A stretch of DNA of 64,000 nucleotides from Vitrella brassicaformis CCMP3155 (lineage: Eukaryota > Protista > Chromerida), in the NCBI GenBank assembly GCA_001179505.1, contig CDMY01000206.1, positions 1 through 64,000 on the forward strand. The letters run 5' to 3'. The notes below the pieces were generated by a model. The model was given only the letters and a program-made list of their open reading frames with translations, had not been told where the DNA came from and searched no databases. Positions 52,452 through 64,000 of this stretch are shown piece after piece. Within the stretch, counting starts at the first letter, position 1, and each line of letters opens with the position of its first letter. The position numbers and the translations under genes are program-made.

Positions 52452-55400
52452 AGGAAGGATGATCGCATATCATGCAGTGGGAGATACACTATCTGTGTTC
52501 CCGATCCATCAGACAATGGGACCGTGGCGCCCGTCCTGGTGAGCCCATCGGCAGGCCGGCGCCCAGGCCCCCAGCTCTCGGTGACCGCCCAGGGCCAAGA
52601 CCACCTGCTGACCCTGCTGGCAGGGGACCTGCCGGTAGACCGCGGCCACCGGTGCGTTCAGTACGCCAGCAGGCAGCCAGGCCAGGCAGGGATATACACA
52701 CGGATGGGTGCATGGCATTGTGAGTGATCGATCGATGTGTGGCTGCGGATATCAGTCCTTCAGTCCCGATGTGGCCCGTGCGGCGGCGCGTCCTCGACTG
52801 CCAGTGGCGAGGCGTCCCCTGCCGCCGGCCCGACCGGGGGTCAATGCGCCCGGACAGGTGCCTGTGAGGCCGCCAATCAGAGACAGATCGCCAGTGCCGC
52901 CAGGTACGTGGATGCCTTATGGGTCAGATGCGCAGACATACACACATGGATACATCGATGGGTCTGTCTGTCTGTCTGTTTGTTTGTGTTCCATCAGGCG
53001 TGGCCCGGCCGCCCTTCGAGTATAACCCCAGGTTTTGGAGTTTTCCTGGAGCGCGCTACCCTCTACCGACCATCGTCCCCAGCGGCCTTGCTGTGGGTGT
53101 GGGGGTTGGTGTGGCTGTCGGTGGGGGCTGGGGTGATGACTATAGCGGGTGGTGGTACCCCTACGGTCAGCAAGCAGCCTGTTGCAGCACACACACATAC
53201 ATGAAGGAAAAAGTGTGTGTGTGTGTGTGTGTTTGTGTGTGTGTCACTCAGTGGGCTACGGTGGTTACTATGATGATTATGGTTACGGCTATGGCACGAC
53301 CAACTACTACGCCACTGCGTGTGGTGAGGGGGGTGCCGAGTGCTCAGATAACGTCCAGTGCTGCTCGGCCAGCTGCTACGACGGCATCTGTAAGCACACA
53401 ACACACACTGCAGGACGCAAGACGACACCAACTGGGAGGCCGAGCTAATGTGTGTTGTCTGTCTGTCTATCAGGTGAGACCACTGAGAGTGCAGGAGAAG
53501 CCCCGCCCACGTCGTCGTCAGCAGAGCAGTACAGCAACCCGGGCTCGTATCTGCCACCCTCCGACCTGCCCTACCCCCAGGACCTCTTCGTGGGTGAAGA
53601 GGGCGTCGAACCGCCGCCTGCTGGGTGGGATTACCACACACACATATAGACACACACACACTCACAGAGAGAGAGAAAGTGCTGGCCTTGGTTGTGTGTG
53701 TGTGTGGTGGGCAGGTTCATTCCTGTAGAGGGCGAAGAGGTGGAGGTGCCAGGGCTGCAGGATGCGCAAGGAGAGCTCCAGTACTACAACGGGACTTACT
53801 TCTATACTGTCGGTACGCAGACAGACAGGCAGACGGATTGACAGGCAGACAGATTGACGAGCAAACATACCTATGCATGCCTGTGTGTGCACATCCATCG
53901 TCCGTCCATCAGGCAATCTGACCTATTTCTTCGTCTCTGGCAACACCACCACCAACGGCACAGACGGCGAAGAGACACCAGTAGCGTGAGCGAGCAGTGT
54001 AGCGTGTACCACACACCGACACACCAGTCCAGTATGTTTCTTCCCTCTCTCTTTGCCCCTTTGGTCTATGTATCGTCAGTGAGGAGCAGTGCGATGAGGT
54101 TGGCGTTGCTGAGGGCGAGGTGGTGCTCTGCAACGGTACTCATTTCTTCACACAAGACGGCACCACCTACTACTTCCAGGAGGACAGCGCCTCGCCCGAC
54201 GGCGGCGTCTGGATCAGCCAAGAGGACGGAACTGAGCTTCCACAAGGTCAGTCACATCACTACCCAACCCACCAACAATGACACCCTCACCGCCCCTCTG
54301 TGTCTTTCCTGCCTCTTATCAACCAACAGAGGCCGAGACATCCGACGAGTCACGTGCTCTCCAAGTCGATGAATATGATGGTCCATTCGCCGAGGCCACC
54401 AGCCCCGCACCAGCAGACGACGAGCAAGCCGACGACTCCCTCCCGCCCCACGCCGCCCTGGAGATTCCCAACGAAGGCGACAACCAGCTCGCGGACGCCC
54501 TCTCGGCCGCCATCGCCCATCTGGAGGGCAACGGCGGCTGGGCCACCATCTGGCGTCGGTTCTTCTCGGGCAACCACACCGCGGGCCTGCCGTCTGTGGC
54601 TGTGCTGAGCACGGCTGAGGGGGAGTGCTCGGCAACTCTGCCTGACCCGCGGAATGCCACAGGGACGCTGGCGAGGGTGCTGGACGAAGGGCTGCTGTGG
54701 GTGGGGTCGGACTTCGACTATCCGCCGTTTGCGTATCGCCTGGCAAACGGGACGGTGTGGGGGTTCGAGGTCGACCTTATCGGCGCGATCGTAAAGGCGT
54801 TGTCCGACGCATACGACACACCTAGTGAGTGCTGGACTCTGCACACTGACAACACAAAGAGAGCGCATTGTCTTGTGTTTCTCTTTGCCCGTCCGTCCGT
54901 GCAGTCGATGTGCAGTTTGTGCACCGACCTGTCGAGACGCACTTTTTCGTCGACTTGGTGGCCCCTCTGTATGACGATCACTACGACGTCGTGACCGCGA
55001 GCATCATCAGGACACCACTCAGACAGCAGTTCGCCGGTAGGTGCCTCAATGGATGGATGGATGGATGGATGGACACACAGCGCACACACAGACGCACATC
55101 ATGCCGTTCAATGTTTCAAATTCTTTCTCTGTCTGCAGACTTCACCTGTCCCTACTTAGCGGGCGACAGGACTGCTGTCTTTTTCGGCCCTACCGCAGCC
55201 AACCTGACCGCTGTATCAGAGGACAGCCCTTCTCTGAGTGCGTTTGAGGGTCTGGGTCTCACAGAGGCCGAGCGGCGGGACGTGGGTGCCCTCAACACGC
55301 CAGCAGTGAAGATAGGGATCATCGCGGGCAGCACACGTGCCCAGACGGCCATCTCACTCTTCCCTAATGTATGTGTGTATGTTAGCGAGTGTGTGAGCAA

Positions 55401-55751
55401 CACCGACCCACACACACACAGTGTGTATGTCTGGGTCGGCCTCTGATCAGGCCACTTTGGTGCCACTGGTGGGTCTGTCGAGCATGGCGCACTCCCTCAT
55501 CAATGGGCATGTGGACGCCCTGCTCTACTCATGGGAGCTCGTGGCGTGGATCAAAAAGCTCAACCTCCCCAGGTGTCCGGGGTGCAGAATCGCTGCCGTC
55601 TTCGGCGACGCTGCCCCAAAGAGGTAAGGAGCTTGATTGATTGATGGATGAGGATACACCGAGCAGCGTGTCTGTGTCTGTGTCTGTGTCTGTGTGTGGC
55701 ATCAGTTTTGTGACGCGCAAGTGGCCAGCGCCTGAGTGGCTGAGCGACTGA
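51859..55751 (+). CDS. Secreted Pro/Arg/Gly-rich protein with knottin-like Cys motif and C-terminal family-3 solute-binding (SBP_bac_3-like) domain
   Basis: Signal peptide MPSHLLRRHVLLVATFVLIAPVVA; RGG and PxRP exons; C-x6-C-x5-CC-x3-C-x4-C; LWVGSDFDYPPFAY..GFEVDL, YDVVTASIIRTPLRQQFADFTCPY, IGIIAGST, LINGHVDA. Single-gene linkage is inferred from splice phases. Confidence 0.68.
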
Positions 55752-56450
55752 AGCCGAGCTGCCGGCAGGCAGGCAGACAGACAGACAGGGCGACAACCAA
55801 GTGATAGTCAGTGTAGTCATTTCCTTAGGCGGGCACAGACGTACGCGTGTACCCGTACATCCATATTTTGCGTGGATGTAGACGTGCCTTTTTCCGGGAT
55901 GCGCCTCGTCCGCTCCCTCCCGACGCAGCTGCAGGCGCTGTAGATGGACACCCACAGTAGTGGCTGTAGTGTTCATTTGTTTTAGTGCGTGTGTGTATGT
56001 GTGTCTCGTGTGTGTGTATCTCGCGGTCGCGCTCTTTTTCCTCCCTCCGTGGTTGCGTGTGGCGTTGTGGTACCTTTACCCATCTGTGTGGTGGGGTGGG
56101 TGGGGTGGGGTGGGGTGGGCGTTTGTTCGTTTTATGTGTGCGTTCGTGCCAGCAATGCACACGCGTGACCGAAGCGCCTCTTGGATAAGTCAGGTAAGCT
56201 TCTCAGCCTTCAGACAGACGGACAGACCTGCGCATGTGTCATTCTGTGCGCTCTTAATTGTGCGGCAGTGTACGGTGTTCTTGCACACGCATGCACGCAA
56301 TTCGCAAGCCTAACGCACACTTGGGGTTAACATGCACCTCCCACCAGGCTCTGCACGTCCTTACAATGGGAAAAACCTCTGTCGCGAACTCGCCGACCGC
56401 GAGCTGGCGGAAAAGGGAAGGAAGAGGAAAGGCCCGGAGGGGCGGGCGCC

Positions 56451-59118
56451 ATGTCGGCTGCAAAGCATCAGAAGTCGTCCCATACTGTCAGTGAAAAGGA
56501 TCCAGGTGCGAAGGAACGGCGCGGCACCATCCAATAATCATGATCACAAGCCACTTGCATTCATTGGTGCAGGTTCCCATCGTTTTCTCGGGCTGGAGCG
56601 CCTCGAGAAGGAGCTGCTATGGGACATATCGTCGCGCACATCGACAGCAGAGCGCGTGCCCCTCTCCTGCGTCAGCAAGGACCTCCGCAAGGCGGCGAAT
56701 TCATCCACGTACGGGATCTACAGAGATTTGGTCATTACGGAGGATGACATCGGCGTCTGGAAGAGGCTGGACTCATCGCACCATGCCCGGAGTGGCAACC
56801 TGTTGGACAAACACCTGGTAGAGAAGTCGAAATGTATGTAGGCTGGCGCATGAATGCTGTCTGGATTGTGTGTCCGATGCAGGGCAATATCCGCAGTGCC
56901 AACGTGGCCCTTGAGAGGGCCCACTGGAACGAGGAGATCCCCTTTTTGCCCATCGCTGCCGACTCCATGGAGGCGTCCCGTGCGACCCTAAGGTCGATCC
57001 ACATCCACGGCCCGCCCAAACCACACAGCTGCCCGGAGCCACCCCAGGGGCCGGGCGGCCGCGAGCCAGTGGTGTTTGAGCGTGTGACCGAGCTGAGGGT
57101 GACCAACAACCAGTGGCTGGAGCACTTCAGGTGAGCGAGGGCTGTGGATTGGGGAAGGGATGATTCGCGCAGACGGTGTGTGTGGTATACCTTCAGGCGG
57201 CGTCAGTGGGTGTTCCCCAACCTCCTGACACTCGAGGTCGGCCAGCTGTGCGCCAAAGACGACGGGCTCAGCTGCAGTTGCAAGAATGGCCACTCCAGCG
57301 ACACGAGGATGGGCCTCAGCAAGTGCGAGCCGTGCTCCATCGGCTGCCTCACGCACATCCTGGCTCACTCCCCAAAGCTGAGGAGCCTCACGGCCATCAG
57401 CATCGACATCGCACCAGGGGAGGATTTGGATGCCTTCACGGAGGCGGTGGGGAGGTGTCCGGACCTCACGTGCATTGCAGGGTTGGCGACGCCGGAGGGT
57501 AGCGATATGGGGCTGCTCAAGGGGCTCCGTGACGCGCTCGACACACACTGGCAGACAATACACAAGAAATGTAGGCTGGAGGGCAAGATCAAGCCTTATT
57601 GAGGTGCTGTGTCATCCTTTGTGTTTTTTCCCTCATGCAGTTGTTCCGAAGCGTCTGGTCATTCGTCACCAGTTTCGGTTTGATCCGGCGTTCGGCGGCA
57701 AGACGATCAGCCGCTGCATCAACGACCTGCTGTAAGCCATGTGACGCTTCCTCACCAGTCTTCTGGCATGTATGTGTGTATGTATGTTTGTGTGTGCTGT
57801 GCCTTGAGCAGCGGTTGGGCGAGGAAGGTCAACTGTTCTGTGGAGCTGCTGCCCCTCACTGATGAAAAGGGCTGCCCTTGGGCGCAACCTAGCCTGCCGG
57901 TGAGTCACCGCTATGGATGGATGCGTGTATATGAGAGGGGGAGAGGGGGGGTGGGGGCCAACGGATGGATGGATGGATGGATGTCCACGTGTGTGCAGCC
58001 CTGTCGAGACATCATGATCGACTGTCAAGTTCAAAGTGTGGGCAGTGCGGCCCCAGCACCGACCGGCCGTGTCAGACAAGTGATCCAGGAACGGGCAAAC
58101 AAGGCCGACAAGGTAACGAACTACTCACACCCTACACCACACATCGTACCTGACCGCATTTTGTGTGTGGCGTTGTGTCTGTGTCTGTCAGGTGGATATG
58201 GTGGTGGGCGGCACCCCGCTGCACAAGTCCATGCAGCCGCTGCTGGTGTTCCCGAGTGTCAGCCGCCTGGCCCTGTAACAGGAGCACCCCGGCGACATGC
58301 CCATCGTTCTGCTTCACCGGAAGCCTGCGTCTGTGGAGAACATGGTGGACAGCATCCCCCCATGGATGGCAGAGGTCAACAGCGACGGCAGCAACCGCTG
58401 CTTCCCCTCTGTAAAGTACCTCTATGCTGACCTGATCTCCACTGGACAGAACCAGCCAGGCGACTCGCAGCTGCCCGCTGCGCAGGCAGGCAAGCTGAGG
58501 GCTTTTTTCGCAGGCCTCAAGGCAGTCAGTAAAGTGCATCTGATGGCCTCATGTGTGAGCACTGTCAGCCAGTTCGCGGCGTGTCTGCCCCTCAAGAGTG
58601 ACGATGAGAGCGACGCTCATCTCGGCGCTCTCACCATCACTCTGGGTCACGATGCTGCTCATCTTCCCGCAGCCAGCCACGCACTTGTTGCTGGGCTGCG
58701 CTATCCATATGTGCCTTTCGTAGAGGTGGAAAGCTTGCATGAGGTCAGCAGGGCGTGTGTGAGGTCGCTGATCGACCTGATGCTGGCCATGCGGCCCGTG
58801 AATGCCGAGATAGAGGTGAACGTGTCAAAGGATGACCTGGGCAGTGAGGCGGGGGACGAGGGAGAGGATGGGCCAGACTGGGAGGTGATGCAGGCAGCCC
58901 TCAACACGTTCAGCCAGGAGTGTCAGGTGCAGGCCAGTGTGGCCACTGTGGGGTATCGTGTGGAGGTGTCCGCGGGGATAGACAACCCCGTTTGGGGGGC
59001 TAACGAGCCAGCCCTGGATCAGTACCAACTGCATCTCAAGTTGGAGCTCCCAAGGCAGGACGAGGCAGAAAGCGAGGAGGAGGAAGAGATGGAGCTGGAG
59101 GATTGGTGGGGACTGTGA
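56451..59118 (+). CDS. F-box-like plus degenerate LRR-like protein (multi-exon)
   Basis: LERLEKELLWDI...LSCVSKDLRKAA (F-box-like), followed by VTELRV, VFPNLLTLEV, SPKLRSLT, CPDLTCI, FPSVKYL repeats and an acidic tail. Confidence 0.6.
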
Positions 59119-59411
59119 CGGTGGCTTCTTGTGTGTGGCGTGTCGAACAAATCTGTGCCTGTGTGGTGTGTGCTGATGCACTCATCAACTGTCTCTCTCT
59201 CTCTCTCTGTGTGTGTCGTCGATACGTGCGTGTCGATATGATGGGGGGCGGTGTGCAATAGATAGATAGAGTCTCTTTGCTTCATATGCATGATGGACTC
59301 GAGCGAACGAACCGAATGAATGAATGAATGAGTGGCAATCGATTACCGATGACGCAATCGTTCACCATCCATCCATCCATCCGTATATGTGTCTCCATTG
59401 CTCACATCACA

Positions 59412-60537
59412 ATGATGCGGTGTCTCCTCTTGCTGTTGGCCGTGGCCTCTCTCTGTCCGGCCAGCTCAAGCACAGACAAGCAACAAGCACAAGCACTCCC
59501 ATTCCTCCAAGTCAGCCGAGCACATCTTTGAGTGTGTTTCTCTCTCTGTCAATGGTGTGTCTGTCTGTCTGTGCAGGGGTTGGCTGGCGCTGCAGGCAAG
59601 GGTGGTGCTCCCGGTCCTGCTGCTGGCGAGCTGCCGACTGTGAATGTCCACATCATGCCGAGCAAGGTATGATTGCTGTTTGCTGATTGCTGTCTTGCTC
59701 CTGATTGCACATGCAGAAGTGGAAATATCAAAGGCAGTCGATGGCCAAGTTGAGGCAGAGGTTCAAGCAGGTATGAGTCGGTGGTGCGTGGGTCAAATTG
59801 GTGACCTGTCTAGATCTGTTTTCTGCCGTGTGTGTTTAGGTCATTCGTTCGCGTGTGAAGGACGTGGAGGCTAGACTCAGAAGCCAGCAACAGCTCAAGA
59901 TGGGGCCATCGTCACTCACAGTCCTCGGTCAGTCTGTTCATCATCCATCTGCTTGTCTTTCTTTCACACGTTTGCACATATGTGTCGATCAGCTCCCCAG
60001 CCGCCCACCCAACTCTTCTACCCGCCGGCGATAGCTGGCGTGACGACACCCGTCGACGGTCAAGCCAACCACAAAACCGCAAAGACACAAACGCGCCAAC
60101 TGCGTTTGTGTGTGTAGTTGGCCTGTCGCAGCCGATCAACATCAGACGCAGGCCCTCTTACGCTTACAGCCTTAGGTTTGCGCAGACCCAGAATGAGCAC
60201 AAAATCAATCAGCAGCTCAAGGCAAAGGTGAGACATGCCAAGTGACCGACGGGGACATCACACGTGTGGCGCTGTGCGTATGTGTGCGTGTGTGTGCGTG
60301 TGTGTGTGCAGATCGGAGCCCTGCTGGCACTGAAGAAACTTGTGCATGACCGCATCAACCAGCAGAAAGAGAAAGGTAACCAAAGGGACACCAAGCTATG
60401 CAATGGATGACAGTGAATGCGTTGTGTGTGTAGTTGGGGCCAGCAAGAGTGCTGAGACTGAGGAGAAGAAATCGACTGCCAAGAACGAAGGGCCGCAAGA
60501 TGGACCGATTGACGCCAAGTCGCTCTTCCTTGCATGA
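59412..60537 (+). CDS. Small secreted, basic coiled-coil protein of unknown function
   Basis: Signal peptide MMRCLLLLLAVASLCPASS; short exons PFLQ|GLAGAAG...|KWKYQRQSMAKLRQRFKQ|VIRSRVKDVEARL...|IGALLALKKLVHDRI..; ends DAKSLFLA*. Confidence 0.55.
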
Positions 60538-60931
60538 CGGACTGACTGACTGACTGACTGACTGGCGGGATGTATTGGCTGACTGACGCACTGAGCGAAT
60601 GAGTGAATGGACCCACCATGACATTAATTTCAAGAGAGATATGAAGCATACATAAATCGTCAGTCGCGGGTGAAGCACACACCCTTGCAATGCGATACAC
60701 ATCCACATCCACAGGCCTTCATCAAATGAGTGCACCCACCCGCCCGCCCATTGTGTATTTTATGTACAGACAGCACAGACACACAGCTGGGCATCTCTCC
60801 GACAAATGCACGTATACACACGTACTCTCACACACACACACACAAGGACAGACACGTATATATATATTCAAAAACTCGAGGCAGCTAACGCCCAGCCGGC
60901 GCCTGAACAGAGGATGGAGGAGAAGAAAGCG

Positions 60932-63297
60932 TCACACACCTGACACATCGATGTGCACCGCCCACGCTCGCTGTTCTCTGACCTGCAGCGTGTAGACCTC
61001 CAAATCCGCACATGTGAACGAAAGAGTGGCGGCCAATGTCGCCCAGTCCTGCTCTTCTTCCAAGCTGCCCCGATAGGTCCTGTCGGTGGGCAGCTCGTCC
61101 CTCGTTATCCACTGCTGGCAGCTCCGCAGGTCGCCAGCCGGCGCGCCGTTCGCCATCCCCAGCCACAGGCGGCCTTCACCGATGGACACCTTGCCAGCCC
61201 CACCCTTGTCGCCTTTCACCACTCCCTCGGGGCCGGCGACCGAGACGTACTGCACGTCGTCAGGTATGTTGATCTTGGTGATGCCCTCGTCGCCCTTGAA
61301 TGCACCACTAACGGAGTAGAAGGTCACAGGGCACTTAGTGGTCCGGACTTCCGTGGCGTCCACCGGCTGCTTCAGTTGCCCCTTGACATGACTCGCGAAG
61401 GTGTGGCTGCTGGTGTCTTGGATGATGAACAGCAGGTCGGCAGCCTTGCCCACCTTAGCGAATAGGGAACCATACGTCCAGCCGTCGCGCCCACCCCTGA
61501 CACACACACACAGACAGCGAAGTAGAACACACCGCTGGATAGAAAGAGCGGATATGCACCACCTAGGTGATTGACTCACTTGAAGAGGAGCTGTGCAGTC
61601 ATAGGTGTGTCGGCCGCCATGTCGACGAGGGCCTGCAGGTCACCGGGAGAGATGATGGGGGCAATAGGACCAGTGCTCCACACCTGCAGAAAAGTAGGCA
61701 CAGACAAAGACACCAACACACACGTACACACACAAGCATGTCGCGTCACATGCATGCCATTGACATGGCGCTTGTATGTCTGTCCTACCTGGTAGACCTC
61801 CAGCCGTGAGGCTGTGAAGAACTGGTTGGAGGCCAGAGTGGCCCGATCCTCTTCATCGAAGCCGCCCACATACGTCTTGCCGTCGGGCAGCTCTCCCTTT
61901 TTCAGCCACTGGCAGCAGCGATGAAGGTCGCAAGCCCGTCGCCCTCCCTCACCCTCACCCGCGCTCTCCCCCACGCCCAACCACAGCCGGCCATAAGCGA
62001 TGGACAGCTTCCCCCCCGACGCCTCCTTGTCGGCCCCCCTGTCGCCCTCGACCGCCCCCTCAGTGCCAGCGACCAACACCCACTGATCGTTGTGTGGCAC
62101 TGTGATCTTGGTGATGCCCTCCTCCTTGAATGCGCCGCTTATGGAGTAGAGGGCCACTGGGCAGCCGGTGAGGAGCGTCGATTTGGGGTCAGTGGGTGGG
62201 ATGAGGGCGCCGTCCATGTGGCATGCGAGGCGGTGTTGGTGCTCTTGGTCATCAATGACGAACAGCAGGCCGCCTTGCGCGTTCTTTACACGCTCAAGCA
62301 GCGCCTCGAAGTTGCGGCCGTCTTGCGAACTCCTGACAGGCACACACGATAGCAGATACGATCGTCTCCCCACCCCTCTTCTGTGTGTTGTCTCCCTGAC
62401 TCACTTGAATAGACATTTGATGTTGCTGCGTGGTTTGCCGATCATCGAGAGGTACACTTGCTCCATGAGGCCGTACATCTCACACGCATACAGCAGCTCA
62501 CGGGGCGAACGGCTTGCCGGCAACGAGATGACGGCCTCGGGGGCCACCCGAATACGACGAACGTAATCCACCACCCTGCAGACAACAACACCACAGAGGA
62601 TTGACGGTCTTGCTAGCGGTCTGTTGTCATGCTTGCTACTTGTGGAAAATGTCTGCAGATACATCAACGACGGGCCCTGCATACTTGCACTCACACACAC
62701 ACACACACACACACAGAGTAGTCCGCCGAGCCATCGCTTCTCTGCCTGTGTCCTCCCTACTTGGTGAATCTGTCGTGCAGTGTTTGGAAGTCCGCTAGAG
62801 TAGCGTCAGTCGTGGCCACCGCACCGCCACCCACCCTTACCCTGAGCACCTCATCGCCCCCCGTGCCGCCCGCCGATGTCTTGATGAAGGGGCCCATGAC
62901 GGCCATGAAGTCCCGGAAGGCAGCACTCTTCTCGTCGCCATGCTGCGCCGCGATACCGAGGGCCGTCTTTGCCATGAATCGGCTGTGGTAGAAGGCCAGC
63001 GACGGCGGACAGCCCTCATGGATATCTCGCCTGCTGTGAAGCTTCACAGCCAACCTGACAGCACACACAGACAGACACAGGGGAACAATGGCCACTGTTG
63101 CAATGTCAGCATGCCGCCTGCCCTGCCCTGCCAGCCATGTTGTTTCCCTCTCACCATGTAAAGTAGAAGGGGTCTGTATCGATGAAATGAGTGCCGTTGG
63201 CGTCTTTGAGCATCCAAAAGTCACCAACATTGAGCACCATCTCTCGCTGACTTGTTGCTGTCGTCTTGTCGTCTTGCTTCGACGTGAACGTTCCCAT
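60932..63297 (-). CDS. BTB/POZ-like plus two tandem TLDc-like domains
   Basis: VLNVG..HFIDTDPFYF; second BTB-like part EVLRVRVGGGAVATT..VVDYVRR..ELLYACEMYGL; two homologous domains (LFK..DG..F..L, LYSISGAF, GRLWLG, DLxxCxQW, TLA..FT..LEVY). Termini uncertain. Confidence 0.68.
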
Positions 63298-64000
63298 ATT
63301 GAAGAAATGATGAATCAAAGCAGACAGATAGCTTAGCACCGACACGGAGAACTCTTCTGTGGCCAGATCCGCGGCGCTGTTGCCGATTTTTTCAGCCTGC
63401 GAGCTAAGCAGTGGGAGGTTTGGTTGGTTACGGACATCCGCAGCATCTGTGCACTGCCACGCGTAGAGCAGTGAACGTGCTGAGATCAGATCTTGCTCTC
63501 GCTGGACTGATCAACAGCACCATTCGTTCATCATCGTCGATGGCGAGTGATTTCCGACGCTTCTGGAAGTGGAGGAGGCGCAGATCCCCCATCTGCTTCA
63601 TCCTGGTGTTCGTCTCATTCCTGCATCCGTATCTCCGCTTGGCATCATCATCCGGCCTCTTGACCAGCCGCACCCATCCCCCGCCCTCCCCTCGCCGCCC
63701 ACGGCCTTCATGGGCACACTCATGGCCACTGCGCAAGCTCAGCAGCCGACGCAAGCACGCCTGTCTAAGGCTGCCGACTGACGGCACTCACGGAAGGGTG
63801 ACGGTGATGAGTGCATCGCGGCCCGACGGCACGTCGTTTATATCGATGCGGAGCGGGGAGTCGTGGAGCCAGCATCACCAGCAGCACCCGCATTCACGCT
63901 CTGGTTGGTCACGGCTGGCCGGTTATGTGGAGCTCAACCATGCATCGGAGGAGGGCCATAGCCGCGGCCACAGCCACAGCCACAGCCACGGTCCCATTAG

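Noticed and set aside
56091-56119. (GGGGT)n potential G-quadruplex (also 3021-3038)
   Set aside because: One of many simple repeats in this genome; nothing indicates specific function.

Overview
Eukaryotic, GC-rich, intron-dense nuclear DNA. Introns are short GT-AG with (TG)n/(CA)n and (GGAT)n tracts. This style, plus bipartite-leader proteins, an HslU ATPase and the style of the ankyrin, F-box and BTB-TLD genes, suggests a chromerid alveolate such as Vitrella brassicaformis (inference, not searched). About 19 protein-coding genes can be assembled by eye; most ORF-track entries are exon fragments or antisense shadows. Recognisable genes: dienelactone hydrolase, aldehyde dehydrogenase, TsaD/Qri7, CoA-type Nudix hydrolase, ABCB half-transporter, HYOU1/Grp170, eIF3f, PRMT5, cytochrome P450 and HslU. 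The standout is a single gene (14065-20491) encoding signal peptide, heme-peroxidase-like domain, DOMON, cytochrome b561, cytochrome b5 and FAD/NAD(P)H reductase, i.e. an apparently complete transmembrane electron chain that parallels DUOX but is built from different parts. Also notable: an ABCB transporter with an inserted ZZ/C1-like zinc finger, a zinc-finger plus H-Y-E ADP-ribosyltransferase protein, and a secreted Pro-rich/knottin protein ending in an apparently permuted bacterial-type solute-binding domain. No rRNA, tRNA, CRISPR array or clear transposon was seen. Exon boundaries and termini were called by eye and are approximate.
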